The notes under the pieces are model-generated. The model did not search any database. It had not been told where the DNA came from and was given only the letters and a program-made list of their open reading frames with translations. Position numbers and translations under genes: made by a program. DNA of 64,000 nucleotides from an uncultured Candidatus Saccharibacteria bacterium (GTDB taxonomy: Bacteria > Patescibacteriota > Saccharimonadia > Saccharimonadales > JAGQNJ01): the NCBI GenBank assembly GCA_964510945.1, contig CAZEED010000002.1, forward strand, positions 144,924-208,923, read 5' to 3'. This document shows, piece after piece, positions 48,534 to 54,427 of the stretch (positions within the stretch are counted from its first letter, which is position 1; each line of letters opens with the position of its first letter).

Positions 48534-48710
48534 GCATCACACACGTGCATTTGAGCATAATAGCGTTGTTCTTGTCGAGGAAACGGAACAAGACGTACAA
48601 ATGGTACGGCGAAGTGAGTACCGCAGATAAAACAGCGGTAGGATGCCGAAAGTTTAACAGTGATGTTAGCTTGGCTAACATGCAGGTTAAACAGTGCACA
48701 TGTGTGATGC
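48534..48710 (+). ncRNA. Candidate structured RNA (~177 nt) abutting the 5' end of tRNA-Asp
   Basis: GCATCACACACGTGCA (48534-48549) pairs 15/16 with TGCACATGTGTGATGC (48695-48710). The closing helix encloses at least three hairpins, including GTTTAAC-agtg-ATGTTAGC-ttg-GCTAACAT-gcag-GTTAAAC. Confidence 0.4.
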
Positions 48711-48788
48711 GGGCCCGTGGTGTAGCTGGCCTAACACGCCTCCCTGTCACGGAGGAGATCGCCGGTTCGAATCCGGTCGGGCCCGCCA
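48711..48788 (+). tRNA. tRNA-Asp (anticodon GTC), CCA encoded
   Basis: GGGCCCG-TG-GTGT-AGCTGGCCTA-ACAC-G-CCTCC-CTGTCAC-GGAGG-AGATC-GCCGG-TTCGAAT-CCGGT-CGGGCCC-G-CCA. Confidence 0.93.
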
Positions 48789-48789
48789 T

Positions 48790-48822
48790 GAAAAGAGAGT
48801 CACCTTGAGTGGCTCTTTTTTC
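48790..48822 (+). terminator. Rho-independent terminator after tRNA-Asp
   Basis: AAAAGAGAGTCAC-cttga-GTGGCTCTTTT (with G-U pairs) followed by a TTTTTT run. Confidence 0.7.
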
Positions 48823-48879
48823 ATGCTGTGTCTCGATTGAATTCGAATTAGGCGATGTGGATTTGCCTTTGGCAAAGAC

Positions 48880-48966
48880 GCGAATCGTCGGTTCGGTCAT
48901 CAAGCCCGCGCACAGAAGCTTGCTTCGAGCATAGGTGTAGATGTGCGGAGAAGGCCAAGCCCGCCA
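48880..48966 (+). pseudogene. Two degenerate tRNA-Asp 3'-end fragments
   Basis: 48880-48912 (GCGAATCGTCGGTTCGGTCATCAAGCCCGCGCA) aligns to GAGATCGCCGGTTCGAATCCGGTCGGGCCCGCCA of tRNA-Asp. 48953-48966 is GGCCAAGCCCGCCA. Confidence 0.4.
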
Positions 48967-49014
48967 AAATTCTCTAGAATATATTTCGATTGAACGCTAT
49001 AATGGCTCTCAAAT

Positions 49015-49374
49015 ATGGAAATACCAAAAAAATACTTTCATGACCGCGTAATATTGTTTTTGATCAGTTTTAATACGTTTTTTGTACTTTTAACTTCTTT
49101 ACTAAGTTTGCTCCATATTGATAGCAATAGTTCGGATCTGTTTTTAGCTCAGTGTCGATATTGTAGCGAGGACTTTCCGCAACGAATTTATGGCTCTAGT
49201 GCGACATTGTTTTCAATGATTGCGTTTTCATTCATAGTTTTAATTTCTCATGTACTACTTAGCATGAGGATCTATGATGAAAAACGTCGATATGCTGTCA
49301 CAATTTTGGCTCTTGCCTCGCTGTTAATTATTTTTACACTCGTAGTCAGCAATTCTTTATCAATACAAAACTAG
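49015..49374 (+). CDS. Small integral membrane protein (3-4 TM helices)
   Basis: 119 aa, strongly hydrophobic, 4 nt upstream of the GT2 gene. Confidence 0.55.
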   Translation: MEIPKKYFHDRVILFLISFNTFFVLLTSLLSLLHIDSNSSDLFLAQCRYCSEDFPQRIYGSSATLFSMIAFSFIVLISHVLLSMRIYDEKRRYAVTILALASLLIIFTLVVSNSLSIQN

Positions 49375-49378
49375 ACTC

Positions 49379-50962
49379 ATGACAGATATAGAGATACCTC
49401 TGCAGTCCGAGAAAAAACTGCATTATAGGTTGTTTGAAATTTTGCCTGGGGCGTTAACTTGGACTATTCTGACGGCTCCTTTTTGGTTGAGTCTGATAAA
49501 CCCAACAATCACAGCACTAATTATTATCGCGTTTTTTCTGCTCTGGCTGGTTCGTGCGATTGGGTTAAATATTCGTGTTTTGCAGGGTTATCAAATGATG
49601 CAAAAGCAGTTAAAGCTGGATTGGGCAAAAATGCTCGATGATATTACTGATCCAAAAGAATCCTATAAAAGTGAGTTTCCGAAGTGGCATAATGATATCA
49701 AGAAACGATTAGCAAAAAACAAACCGATAATCGCCCCTGATGAAATTATCCACGCGGTATTTATAGCGGCCTATAACGAGGGTGTCGAAGTGTTGGAGCC
49801 CACGATAAAGGCCGTTTTAGCGTCAAATTTTGATTCTAAAAAGATGATTTTGGTAATGGCGTATGAGGGTAGAGATGGGGCTCAATCAAAAACAGCCGTA
49901 CAGACTATGGTTAAAAAATACGCAAATAGGTTTATGGAGGCTCTGGCATATGAACACCCTTTAACAGAGGGGGAAGTGCGTGGAAAGGGCGGTAATATAA
50001 CTTATGCGGGAAGGCAACTACAAAAATATCTAAAATCTAAACAAATTGATCCGCTGAAAGTTATGGTAACCACTCTGGATTCTGATAATCGACCGCATAA
50101 GAGTTATTTTTCTGCTCTTAGCTACGTTGTTGCAGCCACCCCTGATCCCGTTAGAGTTTCGTATCAGCCAATACCGATGTTTACTAACAATATCTGGGAT
50201 GTCCCTGCGCCAATGCGGGTTATTGCGACAGGTAACTCTTTTTGGAACATTGTATTGTCACTAAGACCTCATGTATTAAGAAATTTTGCTTCACATGCTC
50301 AGAGCATGAAGGCGTTGATTGATACTGATTTTTGGAGTACCAGAACTATCGTGGAAGACGGTCATCAATACTGGCGTTCGTATTTTAAGTTTGAGGGAAA
50401 ATACGAGGTTTATCCGCTGTATATTCCTATCTATCAGGACGCAGTACTCTCTAGTAATTACCGAAAAACCTTAAAAGCTCAATTCATACAGTTAAGAAGA
50501 TGGGCTTGGGGTGCATCGGATGTAGCTTATGTTGCCGATAAAGCATTTTTTACCAAAAACAAAATTTCAAAGACAGATAAAATCTTTAAGTTTTTAAGGT
50601 TGCTGGAGGGGCATGTTAGCTGGGCGACGGCTCCAATAATTTTAGCTTTTGCAGCTTTTGTACCACTGTTATTGAATCCCGATAACTATACGGCTAATCA
50701 ATTGCCATTAATCGCTAGTCGTATACAAACCGTAGCCTTGGTAGGCATATTTGTTACCTTCTTTTTGAGTATTAAAACTCTACCACCAAAGCCCAAGCGT
50801 TACAAAGCCCACAAGTCAATTTTTATGGTGTTACAGTGGGTGCTTTTACCGGTAACCACAATAATGTTTAATGCGATGGCAGCGTTGGTGTCACAGACTA
50901 GACTGATGCTTGGTCGATATTTAGACAACTTTGATGTAACCGACAAAGTAGTCAAGAAGTAA
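49379..50962 (+). CDS. Processive family-2 glycosyltransferase (cellulose/chitin-synthase-like membrane synthase)
   Basis: D, D, D, QxxRW signature in AAYNEG, TLDSDN, VEDG and FIQLRRWAWG. TM helices flank the catalytic domain. Confidence 0.8.
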   Translation: MTDIEIPLQSEKKLHYRLFEILPGALTWTILTAPFWLSLINPTITALIIIAFFLLWLVRAIGLNIRVLQGYQMMQKQLKLDWAKMLDDITDPKESYKSEFPKWHNDIKKRLAKNKPIIAPDEIIHAVFIAAYNEGVEVLEPTIKAVLASNFDSKKMILVMAYEGRDGAQSKTAVQTMVKKYANRFMEALAYEHPLTEGEVRGKGGNITYAGRQLQKYLKSKQIDPLKVMVTTLDSDNRPHKSYFSALSYVVAATPDPVRVSYQPIPMFTNNIWDVPAPMRVIATGNSFWNIVLSLRPHVLRNFASHAQSMKALIDTDFWSTRTIVEDGHQYWRSYFKFEGKYEVYPLYIPIYQDAVLSSNYRKTLKAQFIQLRRWAWGASDVAYVADKAFFTKNKISKTDKIFKFLRLLEGHVSWATAPIILAFAAFVPLLLNPDNYTANQLPLIASRIQTVALVGIFVTFFLSIKTLPPKPKRYKAHKSIFMVLQWVLLPVTTIMFNAMAALVSQTRLMLGRYLDNFDVTDKVVKK

Positions 50963-50973
50963 ATAGTGGTGAA

Positions 50974-51375
50974 TTAGCAATAATACGCCTCATAATGGGA
51001 TGCCGAGGCTTTATCGAAATTGGATAATGCCTCAGTTGCTAGTTTTTTAATTGAATTAAGTTCAACGACTGCATTGGAATTTGTCGCAAACATCTTAGTT
51101 ACGATAGTTGTTGTCAGGCTTTCTGCGTCCTTCTCAGGGGTTTTGCGGTGTTTACATGATTCATATATGCTAGAGAATAATTTCTCACGCGAGAAGGGCT
51201 CTAATTGGCTATTAGGCCGTTTGATCATCAACACTTTTGATAAATCAATAGATTCACTGGTAGTGAACAGGGCACCACAGTTTGGACACCTTCGTCTCCG
51301 CCAAACATTATTTTGCTTTTTTTGAAACCGAGAGTTAATTACGCCTAGTTTTTCATGGCAATATATGCAAACCAT
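50974..51375 (-). CDS. nrdR: Transcriptional repressor NrdR
   Basis: Zn ribbon MVCIYCHEKLGVINSR...RRRRCPNCGALFTTSE, then an ATP-cone. AAGGAG RBS. Confidence 0.9.
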   Translation of the reverse strand: MVCIYCHEKLGVINSRFQKKQNNVWRRRRCPNCGALFTTSESIDLSKVLMIKRPNSQLEPFSREKLFSSIYESCKHRKTPEKDAESLTTTIVTKMFATNSNAVVELNSIKKLATEALSNFDKASASHYEAYYC

Positions 51376-51395
51376 GTTAATAACTCCTTAGAACC

Positions 51396-51430
51396 AACAA
51401 TAATGCAGAATTTATTTCTGAATTATTGTT
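51396..51430. promoter_or_regulatory. 35-bp near-perfect palindrome just upstream of the nrdR RBS
   Basis: AACAATAAT-g-CAGAA-tttat-TTCTG-a-ATTATTGTT. Confidence 0.4.
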
Positions 51431-51842
51431 TACATTTAGGGGAGAAAAGCCCCAGTAATTTCCAGATAGCAAATTACTGGGCGCGATAGGAGGGGAATGT
51501 CCCCTCCTATAGAACGAGAGTAACGAGTGATAAACCATGACTACATATTGTCATATGGCAATTAGAATTACCAGTGGAAAAGATTTTGGAATCTGCGGAT
51601 AACTATTTCCGATTTTTGTATGAGCTTAAGATAGGGCATATTGCTACTTTTGTTTAGTCAAAAGTAGCCAAAACCAGCGGGGTGTCCGTTTTTCTTGATA
51701 TGACTTCTGGTTAATGGCTACAACAGGCTGCGGAACTCGCCAATTATAGATTGTCTCAAACAGTCCTCGCCTGGTAGTTGTAGCATTAACGAAGTCATTC
51801 AGGTAAAGCCGGATGCCCAGATCAGCATGGAATTATCTTTTC

Positions 51843-52057
51843 AAATGAAAAACCCCTTCATTTCTCACCTTGAAGGGGTTTTACTCCACGTTTGCTTCTT
51901 AAGTTGCCTTAAGATGCAGCCGCTGTTTTTCGAGTTCGCCTAACCCTGTTGTAACGCTTGGGTTGGGCAGAAAATACTAGCTCTTCGTAAAACAGCTTAA
52001 AATCTTCTAACGAAGATCGTCGCTTTATGGTACTCACACAGAGTGCCTCGTTTAACG
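51843..52057 (-). ncRNA. Candidate sRNA (~215 nt) with its own promoter and terminator
   Basis: On the minus strand, TTGACA (52092-52087), a 17-nt spacer, then TACTAT (52069-52064). The 3' end is the hairpin AAAACCCCTTCA-9nt-TGAAGGGGTTTT (51881-51849) plus TTTTTCATTT. No ORF. Internal GNRA hairpin TCTTAAG-GCAA-CTTAAGA. Confidence 0.4.
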
Positions 52058-52126
52058 TGTCCCATAGTATCAATGTGGGTGATTACTGTCAAGAGCCAGT
52101 GGGTATAATGCTACAATATATAATCA

Positions 52127-53227
52127 ATGCAACCCACGAAATACAACAGCGTAATAAGCATAAAAGATATCAAAAATGGTGTTAGGCAAGGTATCCTCAC
52201 CACAAGATCAGGGGTGGCCAATACTCCGTTATTTATGCCGGTCGGCACTAGAGGGGCGGTGAAATCGTTAACACCAGATCAGGTCAAAACAACAGGCGCA
52301 CAAATAATCCTAGGTAATACTTACCATTTGCATATGCAACCGGGCGAAAAGACCGTCGCACAATTAGGTGGGCTACATACGTTTATGAATTGGAACGGCC
52401 CAATATTGACTGATTCGGGTGGTTTTCAGGTATTCTCGCTTGCCCATATTAGTACGATCACCGAAGAAGGGGTTAAATTTAAGGATCCGACTAATGGTGA
52501 TTTGATTGAGCTAACTCCTGAGAAAGCTATCCAGATTCAGCTTGATCTGGGGTCTGATATTATTATGGCCTTTGATGATGTGGCTGGCCTGAACGGCGTA
52601 TCAAAACAGCGAGGTAAAGAAGCTTACGAACGAACGCATAGATGGCTAGAGCGGTCTCTAAGAGCCTTTAGGGATGGCACAAAAGATTTAGTGATAGGTG
52701 ACCGACCTTTATTCTTTGGCATCGCTCAAGGCGGACTTAATAAAAAACTACGACAAAAAAGTATAGAAACAGTTCAGTCGTTAGACGTAGACGGTCTAGC
52801 TATCGGCGGTTTATCGGTCGGTGAAGCTAGGCCTGATATGTATAAAATGCTAAAGTTCATGGCTCCGATTTATGACGAGAATAAACCGCATTATCTTATG
52901 GGCGTAGGCGATCCTAAAGACATGCGAGTCGCAATAGAGAACGGCATTGACATGTTTGATTGTGTCTTGCCGACTCGGAACGCCCGTCATGGCTCCGCAT
53001 GGGTAACAGGCGATAAGCTGATTCATCTTACTAATGCAAAATACACAAAAGACACAGCTGTTATTGATAAAAACTGTGATTGCTATACTTGTAAAGAAGG
53101 TTTTTCGCGGGGTTTTTTGCGCCATCAGTTTAAAGTAGGCGAATCACTGTCTGGATCATTGGTGTCGATCCATAACATTCGTTACCTCGAGCGGTTGTGT
53201 GAGGAGTATCGAAGTGCTAGTAATTGA
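52127..53227 (+). CDS. tgt: Queuine tRNA-ribosyltransferase
   Basis: TPLFMPVGT, ILTDSGGFQVFSL, MAFDD and LMGVGDP, plus the zinc site CDCYTC...H. Confidence 0.95.
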   Translation: MQPTKYNSVISIKDIKNGVRQGILTTRSGVANTPLFMPVGTRGAVKSLTPDQVKTTGAQIILGNTYHLHMQPGEKTVAQLGGLHTFMNWNGPILTDSGGFQVFSLAHISTITEEGVKFKDPTNGDLIELTPEKAIQIQLDLGSDIIMAFDDVAGLNGVSKQRGKEAYERTHRWLERSLRAFRDGTKDLVIGDRPLFFGIAQGGLNKKLRQKSIETVQSLDVDGLAIGGLSVGEARPDMYKMLKFMAPIYDENKPHYLMGVGDPKDMRVAIENGIDMFDCVLPTRNARHGSAWVTGDKLIHLTNAKYTKDTAVIDKNCDCYTCKEGFSRGFLRHQFKVGESLSGSLVSIHNIRYLERLCEEYRSASN

Positions 53228-53261
53228 CAAATATGCACAAGTATAGGATAATTGTAGTCTT

Positions 53262-53966
53262 ATGAAATTGAGTGAGACTCTAGATCGAGATGCGGCGTCA
53301 CAAGTTTTTACAGGTTGGCTGAAAAGTGAACATGCACGTGTACATACCCTAACCCTTAAAGATCCGAGTATAATGAGCGATCTAAATGCTATGCGCAGTG
53401 CTACGGCTTCTGAATATGATAGTTATGAGAACATCCCGGCCCGTAAAACAGAGCAGCACCTTGTACGGGCCCGTCTACGTTTGGAATCTCTAGAAGATGA
53501 TTATGATCTTGAAATTGCAGGCCGTGGTCTCAGTGATATCTTAAAGTTGGTTGCTGGACAGCAGGTTAAACGAGCACTTGCCATGTCGCGCACTCAAGCT
53601 GAATTTTCATCATTTGCCACTACTATGTATCTGACCACTCCTATCAGTGTGCACAGTGCCTGTGTTATGGACGTAGCTGACCCAACTGAATCCATCACTC
53701 CGGCCCTGGATTTACTAGATTTCAAAGTTGAAGGGTCGCTTCGGGCAATCAACCAATTGTCTCGGGAGGGTAGCGATTGGGGTGAATTGAATTCACCAAT
53801 GACTCAAGCTGCCTGGCTTGGCGAAGTTGCCTGTATTGAGGCTGCCTTTAGCGCCATTGAGTATGTAGCAGCCCGTACCGGAAGTTATGAGGCGGTACCA
53901 CTTCGTCCACCAGCCAAAGATGATCAAGATATTGAGCCTATTTTTCCGTTTCAGGCAGCGGGATAA
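53262..53966 (+). CDS. Hypothetical protein (orphan)
   Basis: 234-aa ORF. Its GC looks slightly higher by eye than neighbouring genes. No recognisable motif. Confidence 0.55.
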   Translation: MKLSETLDRDAASQVFTGWLKSEHARVHTLTLKDPSIMSDLNAMRSATASEYDSYENIPARKTEQHLVRARLRLESLEDDYDLEIAGRGLSDILKLVAGQQVKRALAMSRTQAEFSSFATTMYLTTPISVHSACVMDVADPTESITPALDLLDFKVEGSLRAINQLSREGSDWGELNSPMTQAAWLGEVACIEAAFSAIEYVAARTGSYEAVPLRPPAKDDQDIEPIFPFQAAG

Positions 53967-53968
53967 GA

Positions 53969-54079
53969 TGGTGGGCGGTACAGGATTCGAATTAATTGAT
54001 CCGCTCGAGAGCTAGGGAGCATCTCGCTATAAATATGTATAACCCTAGACAGCTCCCAGCTTTTTTCGCCTCTCGGTTC
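53969..54079 (-). repeat. tRNA-3'-tailed conserved element, copy 2 (~111 nt)
   Basis: It aligns with 44045-44152. It ends (minus strand) in TTCGAATCCTGT-ACCGCCC-A-CCA, a tRNA-like 3' terminus that does not match the adjacent tRNA-Val acceptor. Confidence 0.7.
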
Positions 54080-54094
54080 GAATATGCACAGACC

Positions 54095-54125
54095 AAAATA
54101 AATACCCCATCTGTTGATGAGGCAT
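54095..54125 (-). terminator. Hairpin plus U tract after tRNA-Val
   Basis: Minus strand: ATGCCTCATC-aaca-GATGGGGTAT (10 bp including two G-U pairs) followed by TTATTTT. Confidence 0.55.
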
Positions 54126-54131
54126 ATATTT

Positions 54132-54208
54132 TGGTGGGCTCTAGAGGACTTGAACCTCTGACCTCCTCAACGTCAATGAGGCGCTCTAGCCAACTGAGCT
54201 AAGAGCCC
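54132..54208 (-). tRNA. tRNA-Val (anticodon GAC), CCA encoded
   Basis: Reverse complement: GGGCTCT-TA-GCTC-AGTTGGCTA-GAGC-G-CCTCA-TTGACGT-TGAGG-AGGTC-AGAGG-TTCAAGT-CCTCT-AGAGCCC-A-CCA. Confidence 0.92.
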
Positions 54209-54360
54209 GTGAATAACAGATAACAGAATAGCAAAAACTAATGCAAAAAAATAGTCCACAGAACTTTGTCCAAATAACAACACTAAAGTACTAGTATTAT
54301 GATACTAGCCTATGTATACTTTGTAGCACTGGTGAAGTTTTAGGGGGTGGTTGCATCGCG

Positions 54361-54400
54361 AGCGTCGTGTTTAATTGCGAGAAAACACGACGCTTTTTGT
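54361..54400 (+). terminator. Orphan rho-independent terminator with no upstream + strand CDS
   Basis: AGCGTCGTGTTT-aattgcgaga-AAACACGACGCT (a perfect 12-bp stem) followed by TTTTTG. Confidence 0.65.
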
Positions 54401-54427
54401 TTGGTTCTGTAAATGCAAAACATTAAC

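Noticed and set aside
48534-48710. SRP (4.5S) RNA or 6S RNA identity for the tRNA-Thr/tRNA-Asp spacer RNA.
   Set aside because: No domain IV GGAA-tetraloop or AGCA symmetric-loop motif was found. The shape is a multi-hairpin junction rather than one long 6S-like helix. It is kept only as an unclassified candidate.
48523-48903. ORFs of 126 aa (minus strand) and 87 aa (plus strand, 48545-48808) in the tRNA-Thr/tRNA-Asp region, and the 68-aa ORF at 53996-54202.
   Set aside because: They read straight through tRNA-Asp or tRNA-Val and the structured spacers, so they are not coding.
48969-48996. A dif-like sequence TTCTCTAGAATATATTTCGATTGAAC, whose CTAGAATATAT matches the left arm and spacer of Firmicute dif. 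A similar CTAGAAATATGTATAAC occurs in the repeated element.
   Set aside because: The right (XerD-side) arm TTATGTAAACT-like sequence is absent. An 11-nt AT-rich match is within chance in 64 kb.
51535-51557. A possible NrdR box (ATGACTACATATTGTCAT) upstream of nrdR.
   Set aside because: It is only a loose resemblance to the acaCwAtATaTwGtgt consensus, is imperfectly palindromic and lies 160 nt from the gene. It is more simply a small hairpin.
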